64,000 nucleotides of DNA from a bacterium (GTDB lineage Bacteria; UBP6; UBA1177): contig JAGCNV010000016.1 in the NCBI GenBank assembly GCA_017645765.1, positions 36,316-100,315 of the forward strand. The letters are read 5' to 3'. Shown here in pieces: positions 46,745-56,238 of this stretch. A model generated the notes under the pieces. The model was not told the DNA's origin and made no database searches. It saw only the letters and a list, made by a program, of their open reading frames with translations. The stretch's first letter is position 1. The number at the start of each line of letters is the position of its first letter. The position numbers were made by a program, and so were the translations under genes.

Positions 46745-47698
46745 ATGAAATGCAACTTTGTAATTTTACTGTTTGTTTTCACAGCTTTCATTTCAGTTTC
46801 ATGCGATTCCGGATTGAAATTTGAAAACCCGATTGATCCTGACAACCAGGCATCACAGAAAGAAAAAGGTGAACTCGGCGGGCAGTGTTATTCGGACAAA
46901 ACCTGCAACCCAGGCTTGATCTGCAATGAAACTCACAACTTATGCGTAAAAGAAGACTCCTCAGGAAATGATGACGATTATACAGACTCAGACCATCCGG
47001 ATTCAGACACAACACCATACCAGGATTCAGACACAACACCATCCCAGGATTCAGACGCAATACCCTACCAGGATTCAGACACAACACAGGATCCTGACTC
47101 GGACAACGAACCGGGCAGCTGTGCAACCGATAATCTTGACACAGAGTGCCAGACAGACAACGATTGCGGTGCCTGCATGATATGCATTACCGGCGGAAAA
47201 TGCGCAAAAGGCTGCACTTCTGACAGTGACTGCACATTAACAGGTACGTTTTGCAACAAGAAACTTGCACGCTGCCTCAGCATTTTTGCTTCAAGCAGAG
47301 CATGCGACGAAATAAACTGTTCGTCAGGCTGCTGTTATGCAGAGAAAGGCCTCTCCGGTCTTAAATGCGCCAGCGGTCCAAATGCAGCACCTGCAATTTG
47401 CGGACTTTGCCCGCAGAACCAGATTTATTCACCTGAGGATTCAAAGTGTGTAAACGCTGTTTGTTCGATGACAACCGACGACTGTCCGGTACTCAATTCC
47501 AATTCACTCAATCCTCCGGCAAAATGCTACGCGTGTAAACCGGGAGAATACATCTGCAAGGCAAAAACCACGTCCAGCGGATGCTCATCCGGAACTATCA
47601 TCAACATGAAAGAGTGCATACCCTCCGGCAGACAATGTATCGAAGGCGTAACGAACTGCTGTTCAGGTTCACCTTGCATTCAGGGATTCTGCTACTGA
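46745..47698 (+). CDS. Cys-rich secreted lipoprotein with N-terminal Cys-knot-like motif and DSDTT repeats
   Basis: Signal MKCNFVILLFVFTAFISVSC. The motif GGQCYSDKTCNPGLICNETHNLC is shared with the 10998 and 62306 lipoproteins. (QDSDTTP)n repeats. Cys-rich C-terminal half. Confidence 0.6.
   Translation: MKCNFVILLFVFTAFISVSCDSGLKFENPIDPDNQASQKEKGELGGQCYSDKTCNPGLICNETHNLCVKEDSSGNDDDYTDSDHPDSDTTPYQDSDTTPSQDSDAIPYQDSDTTQDPDSDNEPGSCATDNLDTECQTDNDCGACMICITGGKCAKGCTSDSDCTLTGTFCNKKLARCLSIFASSRACDEINCSSGCCYAEKGLSGLKCASGPNAAPAICGLCPQNQIYSPEDSKCVNAVCSMTTDDCPVLNSNSLNPPAKCYACKPGEYICKAKTTSSGCSSGTIINMKECIPSGRQCIEGVTNCCSGSPCIQGFCY
46993..47090 (+). repeat. Approximately 24-27-bp tandem coding repeat (caggattcagacacaacaccatac x4) encoding YQDSDTTP units
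   Basis: Direct reading. Confidence 0.7.
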
Positions 47699-47810
47699 TC
47701 AAATACGAAAAAACTTGATCAGCCATCCTAAATTTTGATTACTTTCCTTGCCTTTTATTCAAGAATCATTAGAATTTTTCGTTTTTTTTGATTTTTATTG
47801 AGGTTCCGAG

Positions 47811-49034
47811 ATGAAAAAAACAGTGATTTTGGCAATTTTTCTTTCATTTTTCTTTTTCGGCTGTCTGGAAACGACAAAGCTCGTAAGTTCTGGAACTTTC
47901 GAGAACGAAGGCGGCAATTCGCAGAAGGATGATTCTGATGACGTCTCGGACGATTCCGATGACGAACAGAGTGATGAAGAAAATAACCGCCCGGAAACAG
48001 ACGAAGACAGTGAAAGACCTTCCAATGATGACGAAGGAGAGGAAGACGGCTGGAACGGCGAAGAAGACGATCCCGATGAAAGACCTGACAGAGACAACGA
48101 CCGTCCTGAAAGAGACGACGAAGACAGACCGGAACAGGATGAAGAGAATCCGATAAACGACAATGATCCTTCTGCCGACAGCGACGGTGACGGAGTTCTT
48201 GACAGCGAGGACGGATGCCCCTTAGATCCGGCAAAAACGGCTCCAGGAATATGCGGCTGCGGAACCGCCGATGAAGGAGATAAAGACGGAGACACGATCC
48301 TTGACTGCGTTGATAACTGTCCGCTTGACGTAAATACGAACCAGACAGACCTTGACGGTGATGGAACCGGAGACATCTGCGACCCCGATATCGACGGTGA
48401 CGGTGTCAGCAACATTGATGACAACTGCGTCGATATCTATAATCCGAAAGAAGGTAATTTCTTCCAGAAACAGCCCGACCTTGACGAAGACGGTATCGGA
48501 GATGCATGCGACCCGGATATTGACGGTGATAAAATTTCAAACGAAAACGACAACTGCAAGGAAAAAGAAAATGCCGGTCAGGAGGATTCCGACGGTGACG
48601 GCGTGGGCGATGCCTGCGATGAATGTCCTGATGACGAAACAAAAACAACAGACAAGGGCATATGCGGCTGCGGAGTTCCCGAAACCGATACCGACGGTGA
48701 CGAAGTTCTTGACTGCAAAGACAACTGCATCAATGTTTTCAACGGATCTCAGCGTGACAGCGACGGCGACGGTATCGGAGATGCATGTGATGAATTTCCG
48801 TTCGGGAACGATCCGACAACTGATCCGTCAGATCCAACTGATCCGTCAGATCCTAGCGATCCGTCAGATCCTAGCGATCCGTCAGACCCGAGCGATCCGT
48901 CAGATCCGAGCGATCCGTCAGATCCAAGCGATCCCTCAGATCCAAGCGACCCCTCAGATCCAAGCGATCCGTCAGATCCAAGCGATCCCTCAGATCCAAG
49001 TGATCCGTCTGATCCCAGCGACCCGACCGATTAA
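47811..49034 (+). CDS. Lipoprotein with thrombospondin type-3 (Ca-binding DxDxDGxxDxxD) repeats and a C-terminal (DPS)n tail
   Basis: Signal MKKTVILAIFLSFFFFGC. Repeats DSDGDGVLDSEDGCPLD, DLDGDGTGDICDPDIDGDGVSNIDDNC, DSDGDGVGDACDECPDD, DSDGDGIGDACDEFP, followed by DPSDPS x about 20. Confidence 0.65.
   Translation: MKKTVILAIFLSFFFFGCLETTKLVSSGTFENEGGNSQKDDSDDVSDDSDDEQSDEENNRPETDEDSERPSNDDEGEEDGWNGEEDDPDERPDRDNDRPERDDEDRPEQDEENPINDNDPSADSDGDGVLDSEDGCPLDPAKTAPGICGCGTADEGDKDGDTILDCVDNCPLDVNTNQTDLDGDGTGDICDPDIDGDGVSNIDDNCVDIYNPKEGNFFQKQPDLDEDGIGDACDPDIDGDKISNENDNCKEKENAGQEDSDGDGVGDACDECPDDETKTTDKGICGCGVPETDTDGDEVLDCKDNCINVFNGSQRDSDGDGIGDACDEFPFGNDPTTDPSDPTDPSDPSDPSDPSDPSDPSDPSDPSDPSDPSDPSDPSDPSDPSDPSDPSDPSDPSDPSDPSDPTD
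48822..49031 (+). repeat. 18-bp tandem repeat (gatccgtcagatccnagc, about 11 units) encoding (DPSDPS)n
   Basis: Direct reading. It is coding and is not a CRISPR array, because the units have no spacers. Confidence 0.85.
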
Positions 49035-49075
49035 TTTCGCATTTCGGCACCGCCGAAACAAACAATGAGGTTAAC

Positions 49076-50356
49076 ATGAAACCGCTTTTTGAAATCGTCA
49101 CACCGGATATTTTTTCCGACTTTTTTGCTACTCACACACTGATGCACGCTCTTTTTGACTTCATTGTCGTAACACTGATCGCGGTACTGCTCACTTTTAC
49201 GGCAAGAAAAATCGTCGATGTCATAATAAAATTCGCCGTAACGCGGACAAAAACCAAGTGGGATGACGTTTTCTTCAACCACGGTGTCTTTTCCAAGTTC
49301 GTTAACATGGTTCCGGCACTCGTTTTCTACTGGTCTGCATTTTCGTTTGAGCGCGGCGGTCACTGGCTGAAAAAACTCTCTTTCTGCATCATCATCCTCG
49401 TTTTGATGGACATTCTGCGCGCTGCAAACAAGGCGATGCTCGAAATCTACGACACTTTTGAAATTTCGAAGGACAGGCCTCTTAAAGGGCTCATGCAGAT
49501 AATCCTGATTATCATCTACTGTGTAGGCCTTATCGCGATGGTATCGATCCTTCTGGACAAGTCCCCTGCCCTGCTTCTCAGCGGTTTTGGCGCAATGACG
49601 GCAGTTCTCATGCTGATTTTCCGGGACACGATCCTCGGCTTTGTCGCCGGACTTCAGATAGCGGCAAACAATTCGATACGCAAAGGCGACTGGATCGTCA
49701 TGCCGCAGAACAACGCCGACGGAGAGGTCATCGACATCGCGCTTCACACCGTAAAAATACAGAACTGGGATAAAACCATCGCAAACATCCCGACCCACAA
49801 ATTCACGGAAGAGAGTTTCATCAACTGGCGCGGCATGGTCGAATCAGGCGGAAGAAGAATGAGCAGAAATATCTTGTTCGATGTTTCGTCTATCCGCAGA
49901 CTGACCGATGAAGAAATTGAAAGACTCGGAAAAATAGACCTTATTGCTGATTACATCAAGGTAAAAACGGCCGAAATCGAGAAGTGGAACGCAAAAACTG
50001 ACAGCTCGGCTCCGATAAATATGCGCAGACTCACCAACATCGGAACTTTCCGCGAATACACAAGACAGTATCTCCTGCACAACGATCTGCTGAGACACGA
50101 TCTTCCGCTTCTGGTTCGTCAGATGCAGCAGACTGAGCACGGACTTCCGCTTCAAATCTACGCTTTCACGAAAGCTACCGACTGGGCCGCACACGAAGCA
50201 GTCCAATCAGATATTTTTGACCATCTCTTCTCTACAACTGTATTTTTCGGTCTCAGGCTTTATCAGCAGCCTGGCTGGCATGACCTTCAGATCGTTGCAG
50301 AAAAACTCAATGGTAAATTAAATGCAGAAAATAAAGAAACTGATAAAAACGCTTAA
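49076..50356 (+). CDS. Mechanosensitive ion channel (MscS family)
   Basis: N-terminal TM helices. The conserved MscS beta domain ILGFVAGLQIAANNSIRKGDWIVMPQNNADGEVIDIALHTVKIQNWDKTIANIPTHKF is present. Confidence 0.8.
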   Translation: MKPLFEIVTPDIFSDFFATHTLMHALFDFIVVTLIAVLLTFTARKIVDVIIKFAVTRTKTKWDDVFFNHGVFSKFVNMVPALVFYWSAFSFERGGHWLKKLSFCIIILVLMDILRAANKAMLEIYDTFEISKDRPLKGLMQIILIIIYCVGLIAMVSILLDKSPALLLSGFGAMTAVLMLIFRDTILGFVAGLQIAANNSIRKGDWIVMPQNNADGEVIDIALHTVKIQNWDKTIANIPTHKFTEESFINWRGMVESGGRRMSRNILFDVSSIRRLTDEEIERLGKIDLIADYIKVKTAEIEKWNAKTDSSAPINMRRLTNIGTFREYTRQYLLHNDLLRHDLPLLVRQMQQTEHGLPLQIYAFTKATDWAAHEAVQSDIFDHLFSTTVFFGLRLYQQPGWHDLQIVAEKLNGKLNAENKETDKNA

Positions 50357-51287
50357 AAACAAAAAGCGGATATTCATTCAAACACACAACTATCCTGATC
50401 ATGATGCGGTTGCCTCGGCCTTCGCACTTCACTATCTGCTGAAGAACTTCAAAATAGAGTCTAACATCATATTCCACGGAGACATTCTGCGAGATTCGCT
50501 TCAGAGAATGATCGACAAGCTGAATATACCGATACTTCCGCACTACAAATACGAACTCAACGATGAAGACACGATCGTCATTGTTGATGCGAATAAAAAA
50601 AACAAGAATGTAATCGCTCTCAAAGGAAACGTCGTAGCAGTAATCGACCACCATCCTGGAATAGCACACGAAGATCTTGAATTCTGCGATATTAGAAGCG
50701 ACTACGGTGCATGCGCCAGCATAATTTTTTCGTACTTCGCAGAACTTATGCTCGAACCCGGCAGAGAAGTCGCGACAGCCCTTCATACCGGAATAGTTTT
50801 CGATACGCACCAGTTCACGCGCAACGCCAGTCCGATCGACATTGAAACCGTTGCGATGCTTTACAACGTAAGCGATGTCAGTCTGGTCAATTCGCTCGTC
50901 AGAAACTCGATAAAACTCGATGATTTCAGACAATACCGCTACCTTCTCGAAAAGCTCAGAGTCAAAGGAAACTTCGCATACTGCCACTTTGCCGACGGCT
51001 GCAACAAAGATCTTCTGGCGATTCTTGCCGACTACATTCTTTCGGCGGAAGAAATCAAATTTGCAGTCCTTTCAGCACAATCAATCGAAGGCATTTCTTT
51101 CTGCGTCCGAAGCGAGATTCCCGAAATTCCGGCAAACACCGCTGTCCAGAAACTTCTTGAAGGAGTCGGCTCCGGCGGCGGTCACCTCGACATGGCAGGC
51201 GGCAGGATTCCAAACGCTAAAGATTTCGACCAGGAAAATATTTTCAGGACAGGAGTCGCGATCGCAAACGGAAGAATTAAATTATAA
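50322..51287 (+). CDS. DHH family phosphoesterase (NrnA-like oligoribonuclease/pAp phosphatase)
   Basis: IFIQTHNYPDHDAVASAFAL at the N-terminus and AVIDHHPG match DHH motifs. It overlaps the MscS gene end by about 35 nt. Confidence 0.75.
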   Translation: MQKIKKLIKTLKNKKRIFIQTHNYPDHDAVASAFALHYLLKNFKIESNIIFHGDILRDSLQRMIDKLNIPILPHYKYELNDEDTIVIVDANKKNKNVIALKGNVVAVIDHHPGIAHEDLEFCDIRSDYGACASIIFSYFAELMLEPGREVATALHTGIVFDTHQFTRNASPIDIETVAMLYNVSDVSLVNSLVRNSIKLDDFRQYRYLLEKLRVKGNFAYCHFADGCNKDLLAILADYILSAEEIKFAVLSAQSIEGISFCVRSEIPEIPANTAVQKLLEGVGSGGGHLDMAGGRIPNAKDFDQENIFRTGVAIANGRIKL

Positions 51288-51299
51288 ATGGAGATCAAA

Positions 51300-53063
51300 A
51301 TGAAAAAATCCCTCATTTTCCTTGTTTTTGCGGCATTTGCACTGATTTTCGCAGTTTCGTGCAGCAATACTTCATCGAAACCAAGTGTAATCACCGACAG
51401 CGATATGTGGGCTAACGATGATGACAGCAGTGTAAATGACGAAGATACTGACACTCCGGAAGATTCCGAAAACGATACAGACACTCCCGATGAAGACACT
51501 GCACCGGATCACGATGTTGTAATCGTCGAAGGTTTAGATTACGAATCGGGCTTTATATATCTTGAAGAAAACGAATATTTTCTCAGCAGCCGCAACGATA
51601 AAAGCGGCAGAGCGAAAATATGGTACAACTTCCAGCCTGCTGACGAAAATCCGGAAGAAAAGCCGCTTTTCGTATTTTACAACGGAGGCCCGGGCTCGGC
51701 TTCGGCAATCGTTTTTCTTTACAACACGGCCAAAAAAACTGCCGACCAGGCATTTTCGGGCGAAGGAGTAGCAGACAACGCATACAACTGGAACCAGATC
51801 GGAAACCTGCTTTACATTGATGCGAGACAAACAGGATTTTCTTTCGGGATCCTTGACTATCCTACCGACGGAAGTGCCCGCTCAGCTTATTTTTCGACCT
51901 CGAATTTCAATGTTTTCGTAGATGCTGCTGACTTTATCCGCGTTATCTTCCGCTTTTTGGAAAGCCATCCGAAAATAAAGAGCAACCCTGTAATTCTTTC
52001 AGGTGAAAGCTACGGCGGAACGAGAACAACCGCAATCATCAACATTCTTCTTAATGTCGCAGACTATGCAGAAAACAACAGGGTTTTCTATGACGAAAAG
52101 CTTTTTGAAGAAATCGCACGTCACTTCAAAGAAATAGATCCGTCAATAACCGGAATGCCTTCAAAAGAAGACGTAGCAAAACAGTTCGGCAGACAGATCA
52201 TGATCCAGCCGCTAGTTATGGGACAAAAACAGATGGATGCGGCAGGCGGACTTTTGGAACAGAGCGACAGTCCGCTTTACACAATCCAGAATGAAACAGG
52301 CTTGGAATACTCGAAATGCGGATTTACTCCCAATTGTTCCAAATACAACAATGCCATAAATTATGTTCAGAATGCAGACCGCGACATCTATTCATACCGC
52401 AGACCGTACAACTGGCTTTTCGACTACACTGATGCCGGAACAGCAAAAATGCTCCAGATGCCGATGTTTGAAGAGCTCATAATGAATGATCCGACAAAAA
52501 TAAGCGAACTTCACGCCGAAACCAGAGCTATAGAAGGGGCTTTCAGATACAGCGACGACAACGGATTTTCAAGAAATCTCACATGGTCGGATAAATTTGA
52601 AAACCTTCCGGAGATCGAAAAAACCATCATTAAAGCACGCACCAGACAGCGTAACGCCCATCCTCTTTCAAGCGGAAATCTCGACAGTTTTTTCGGTGAA
52701 CTTCCGCTTTACGATGAATACTTTGTAGATTTGTCTTATTCAATAACCTACACCTTTTATTATGCTTCGGTTTCTCCGTACAGCGATGTCAACGGCGAAA
52801 TGTTCCTTGAAAACATAAGAACAACCAAGACTTTCATCACCCAGGCAGAAGAAGACATTGTCATCTATGCAAAAGGAATTCCTGAAGCAGCCAAAAGCTT
52901 CAGCAATGTTTCAAGTGTAGATACCGAAGAAAATTCTTTTACCGTACATTTCAAAGACGGAGAATCGGCAACAGTCACATTCCCGTTCTATCCGGAAAGC
53001 TCGCACAGCGTTTCCGTCAATCAGCCTGAAAAATTCTTCAACGACGTCAAGAATTGGTTGTAA
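51300..53063 (+). CDS. Secreted lipoprotein, serine carboxypeptidase (S10)-like alpha/beta hydrolase
   Basis: GGAGA sits 8 nt upstream of the ATG at 51300. Signal MKKSLIFLVFAAFALIFAVSCS. Acidic linker. YNGGPGSAS and ILSGESYGG resemble S10 GESYAG motifs. Confidence 0.55.
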   Translation: MKKSLIFLVFAAFALIFAVSCSNTSSKPSVITDSDMWANDDDSSVNDEDTDTPEDSENDTDTPDEDTAPDHDVVIVEGLDYESGFIYLEENEYFLSSRNDKSGRAKIWYNFQPADENPEEKPLFVFYNGGPGSASAIVFLYNTAKKTADQAFSGEGVADNAYNWNQIGNLLYIDARQTGFSFGILDYPTDGSARSAYFSTSNFNVFVDAADFIRVIFRFLESHPKIKSNPVILSGESYGGTRTTAIINILLNVADYAENNRVFYDEKLFEEIARHFKEIDPSITGMPSKEDVAKQFGRQIMIQPLVMGQKQMDAAGGLLEQSDSPLYTIQNETGLEYSKCGFTPNCSKYNNAINYVQNADRDIYSYRRPYNWLFDYTDAGTAKMLQMPMFEELIMNDPTKISELHAETRAIEGAFRYSDDNGFSRNLTWSDKFENLPEIEKTIIKARTRQRNAHPLSSGNLDSFFGELPLYDEYFVDLSYSITYTFYYASVSPYSDVNGEMFLENIRTTKTFITQAEEDIVIYAKGIPEAAKSFSNVSSVDTEENSFTVHFKDGESATVTFPFYPESSHSVSVNQPEKFFNDVKNWL

Positions 53064-53090
53064 CGCGCCGTAACATCGTCGCGATAATTT

Positions 53091-53147
53091 GCGCCGTCGA
53101 TATTTCGATGTTTCGACATTTCGAAATTTCGACAGGATTTTCGGCGC
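53091..53147. repeat. Intergenic palindromic element: GC stem (gcgccg ... cggcgc) enclosing tcgatatttcga / tgtttcgacatttcgaaatttcgaca repeats, between convergent gene ends
   Basis: Seen directly. It shares the core tcgatatttcga with the element at 10824..10894. Confidence 0.6.
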
Positions 53148-53153
53148 TAAAGA

Positions 53154-53747
53154 TTATTTTCCGAAGTATCTTTCAAGAAGTCCTTTGAGAGCTTTGCCGT
53201 GACGTGCTTCGTCGCGTGCCATCTCGTGAACTGTGTCGTGGATCGCGTCAAGACCGTTCTTTTTCGCACGTGTTGCAAGCTCTACTTTGCCTGCTGTTGC
53301 ACCGAATTCGCAGTCAACACGCCATTTGAGATTTGCCTTGGTCGAATTTTTCATGTTCGGCTCAAGGGTTTCGCCCAGAAGTTCAGCAAATTTTGCAGCG
53401 TGCTCAGCTTCTTCGAAAGCAGCCTTTTCCCAGTAGAGACCGATTTCAGGATAACCTTCTCTGTGAGCGATTCTCGCCATGCAGAGATACATTCCAACTT
53501 CGGAGCACTCGCCGGTGAAATTTGCCTTGAGCTGCTCAAGGATAAATTTTTTGTCCTCTTCGGAGACATTCGCGTTGTCTTTTACAGTCTTTTCGTAAAC
53601 GCCGAACTCGTGCTCAGCAGCGAGTTTGAGCTCGTCCTTGATCTCATCGAACATTGTTGACGGAGCTTTGCAGACCGGGCATTTTTCCGGTGCAGATTCA
53701 CCTTCATAAACATAACCGCAAACCTTGCAAACGAATCTTTTTGTCAT
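53154..53747 (-). CDS. Reverse rubrerythrin (N-terminal rubredoxin-like CxxC..CxxC domain plus ferritin-like diiron domain)
   Basis: An ATG at 53745-53747 with GGAGGAAG upstream. [30 protein letters not shown] is rubredoxin-like. EHEFGVYEK...[30 protein letters not shown] is the diiron four-helix bundle. Confidence 0.8.
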   Translation of the reverse strand: MTKRFVCKVCGYVYEGESAPEKCPVCKAPSTMFDEIKDELKLAAEHEFGVYEKTVKDNANVSEEDKKFILEQLKANFTGECSEVGMYLCMARIAHREGYPEIGLYWEKAAFEEAEHAAKFAELLGETLEPNMKNSTKANLKWRVDCEFGATAGKVELATRAKKNGLDAIHDTVHEMARDEARHGKALKGLLERYFGK

Positions 53748-53906
53748 AACTTCCTCCATTAAAATCAAGCCTAAAGATATGCCAGAAACAATTTCCTGAC
53801 AAAACCGCATACTTGAAAGGCTTATTGTCATTTTATACGAATGTCAATTTTCATATTGATTTTTTTGGCTTTGAACCTATAAAATAGCGTGCTTTCAGGA
53901 GGAGAA

Positions 53907-54446
53907 ATGACAGATTTACTACCGCATCACGAAAATATAAACAACATAAAAAGAGTCGTGAAAGACAACGAAATTCAGTTCGGAGATGTCGTAGGAGTCC
54001 ACAGAATGCACGGGCTTTACGATCACTACGGAATATATACCGGAAACGGCGGAATGATCCACTACGCCGATCCTTCCGGGGATTTCGGCACAAACATCGT
54101 AGTCCACAGAACGACTTTGGATGCTTTCAAAGAGGATTCTGAATACCTTTTCGTCATCGATTTCGACAAATTCATCAGGAAAAATCAGGTAAAAATATTC
54201 GACATCATCACCCCGTTCGGAATAAATGTCTCGAAACTTCTTATCGCCCTGCTCGGAAACAGCAACTATCACATTTATTCTCCGGAAGAAACGGTTCAGC
54301 GCGCCGAAAGCCGTCTCGGAGAAAGAAATTACAACATCGCGACAAACAACTGCGAGCACTTCGCGGTATGGTGCAAAACAGGAATAAGCGAATCGACGCA
54401 GGTCGAAAACTTCCTCCAGCGGATCAGAGAAATCAGGATACACTGA
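53907..54446 (+). CDS. LRAT/NlpC-P60 superfamily (NC-domain) protein
   Basis: AGGAGGAG sits 5 nt upstream of the ATG at 53907. VVGVHRMHGLYDHYGIYTGNGGMIHY (His) and NNCEHFAVWCKTG (Cys) match the LRAT catalytic dyad context. Confidence 0.55.
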   Translation: MTDLLPHHENINNIKRVVKDNEIQFGDVVGVHRMHGLYDHYGIYTGNGGMIHYADPSGDFGTNIVVHRTTLDAFKEDSEYLFVIDFDKFIRKNQVKIFDIITPFGINVSKLLIALLGNSNYHIYSPEETVQRAESRLGERNYNIATNNCEHFAVWCKTGISESTQVENFLQRIREIRIH

Positions 54447-54527
54447 GTTTTTCCTTGACAAAAACCCGTTATCAAACTAAAAATAACGGCTTTTTAGCGT
54501 TTATTAACACGGTACGAGGAGAAAAAA

Positions 54528-54692
54528 ATGCACAAGATTAATCAAGATGTTTGCGTAAAATGCGGCGCTTGCGCTGGAACCTGCCCGGTAGAAGCTATCA
54601 TCGAAAAAGACGGCGGCTACGAAGTAACAGATGCATGTGTTGACTGCGGCGCATGTGAAGACGGCTGCCCGGTAGAAGCTATCAAAGCTTAA
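54528..54692 (+). CDS. 2x[4Fe-4S] ferredoxin (54 aa)
   Basis: MHKINQDVCVKCGACAGTCPVEAIIEKDGGYEVTDACVDCGACEDGCPVEAIKA carries two CxxCxxCxxxCP motifs. The RBS AGGAGA is present. It is absent from the ORF track, which only lists ORFs of 60 aa or more. Confidence 0.7.
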   Translation: MHKINQDVCVKCGACAGTCPVEAIIEKDGGYEVTDACVDCGACEDGCPVEAIKA

Positions 54693-54710
54693 TTCCGAAA
54701 AGTTCTTTTT

Positions 54711-54748
54711 TTTCAGGCCCTCTTCGGAGGGCCTTTTTTTTATCTGAT
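54711..54748. terminator. Bidirectional rho-independent terminator (hairpin aggccctcttcggagggcct flanked by a T-run on the plus strand and an A-run on the other side)
   Basis: The sequence ttttttttcaggccctcttcggagggcctttttttt lies between the ferredoxin gene end and the convergent serpin gene end. Confidence 0.65.
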
Positions 54749-54790
54749 TACAAACAAATTTCAGAATCTGTTTAAAGTGAAAGCAAAAGA

Positions 54791-56206
54791 TTATTCAGCT
54801 TTGGGATTTTCGACTTTTCCGATGAAGAGAACTGATTTTGTTCTGTTGTCGCGGATAAGGAATACAAACGGACGGTTTGCGTAAAATCCGCTCGGCATCG
54901 CACTTTCGCCGACTTCAACCACTGTGACTGCTGCAGCCTCGGTTCCTTCTTCGTTTACTTCGATGAATGTCTTGTGGTAAATGTCCGAAATGAAAGGAGC
55001 GTGCGGTTCTTCGGCGATATTCATAAGAGCACCTTCGGCAAAAGCCTTTTCCATTCCGAGTTCCTTGAAAACATCAACGAGCGATTTTTCATATTTAAAT
55101 TTGAACTTCGGAAGCTGAACCGGAAATTTGCGTTCTGTAAGTTGCGATAAATAATTTTCAAGCCCGTCAGCGGCAATTTTTGCGATAAAATCATCTATAT
55201 TTGTTTTGTTGTCCATGTTGGGAACTATGCCGTAAAGTGCGAAAACATCACGTCCGTAGGGAATTCTGACAACAGAATAGCCGTTTTCGTCGCCCCAGTC
55301 TGACGAATAGCTGGAAAACTCCGGTTTTTCCTGATCATAAGCAAAATCCATGTAGTCTGCCTTTGCTTCTGTTCCGTCGGAAAGCATGAAAACGCCTTCG
55401 TAAGTGCTGTTTTTATCAAAAGAGGTTGTCCATGCAGCTTTGAAATAGATTGCGTTGATGAGATACATAACAGCGTTCGGCCCGACTTTTTCGATTATTT
55501 TATCGATTTTTTCATGCGTTTTTTCTGAAACCCATGAATTTATTTTTGTTACAGTCGCCTCATCCTGAAAATCTTCAGTAAAAAACGCTGCGTCATAAAA
55601 TTCTTTGAGGACATCAACGAAGTCCTGCTTTACGTCCTGCGCGAACGTATCGTCCATCCAAACGGAGTTTGCGATTGAAAGAACCAGATCTTTGTCGGCT
55701 TCGACCAGGCTTGCGATAAGCTGCGAGAACTGCTCGTTCACATCGGGAAGTTCCATCTCTCCGAAGCCAAGAACTTCTTTCATTTCATCAAGGTTTTCGC
55801 CCGTTGCTCCGTTTGTTACCATCGCCATAGCGATCGAGATCGAAAGCGGAGAAATCATCATGTTTTTACCAGCTTCGCCGGCCGCAAGTTTACTGAACAT
55901 CTTCATTCCGAGATCATTGTTCGCTTTGACGATATCCTCGGAAACTTTTTTAGCATGCTCGTCAGCCTTTTTATACTTTGCTTCCCAACTGCCTTCTTCC
56001 TGACCAGTCGGATCGTCGGTCGGTTCCGTCGGATCTGTAGAATCGGTCGGATTTGTAGGCTCTGCGGTATCGGTATCACCGGAATCGCCAGTGTCGGTCG
56101 GTTCTGTGTCACCTGTGTCGACTGTTTCCTTTCTTTCGCTCGTGTTACTGCAAGAAACAAAGAAAACCATCGCTAAAACTGCGAAAATCATCATAATTTT
56201 TTTCAT
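54791..56206 (-). CDS. Serpin (serine protease inhibitor) lipoprotein, paralog 1
   Basis: Hinge EEGTEAAAVTVVEVGESAMPS. Serpin C-terminal signature NRPFVFLIRDNRTKSVLFIGKVENP. NAIYFKAAWTT. Signal MKKIMMIFAVLAMVFFVSCS with a T/D/P linker. Start at 56206, with GGAG 6 nt upstream. Confidence 0.85.
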   Translation of the reverse strand: MKKIMMIFAVLAMVFFVSCSNTSERKETVDTGDTEPTDTGDSGDTDTAEPTNPTDSTDPTEPTDDPTGQEEGSWEAKYKKADEHAKKVSEDIVKANNDLGMKMFSKLAAGEAGKNMMISPLSISIAMAMVTNGATGENLDEMKEVLGFGEMELPDVNEQFSQLIASLVEADKDLVLSIANSVWMDDTFAQDVKQDFVDVLKEFYDAAFFTEDFQDEATVTKINSWVSEKTHEKIDKIIEKVGPNAVMYLINAIYFKAAWTTSFDKNSTYEGVFMLSDGTEAKADYMDFAYDQEKPEFSSYSSDWGDENGYSVVRIPYGRDVFALYGIVPNMDNKTNIDDFIAKIAADGLENYLSQLTERKFPVQLPKFKFKYEKSLVDVFKELGMEKAFAEGALMNIAEEPHAPFISDIYHKTFIEVNEEGTEAAAVTVVEVGESAMPSGFYANRPFVFLIRDNRTKSVLFIGKVENPKAE

Positions 56207-56238
56207 TTTCGACTCCATCAAAAAGTTTTCAAAACTAT

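Noticed and set aside
47755-48424. Ser-rich 209-aa and 159-aa minus-strand ORFs
   Set aside because: They are the antisense of the Asp/Glu-rich TSP3 lipoprotein gene. Complementing GAC/GAT/GAA codons gives Ser/Val/Ile-rich junk.
48822-49031. Possible CRISPR-like array suggested by regular 18-bp repeats
   Set aside because: The units are contiguous with no spacers and lie inside an ORF encoding (DPSDPS)n, so this is a coding microsatellite. No cas genes are nearby.
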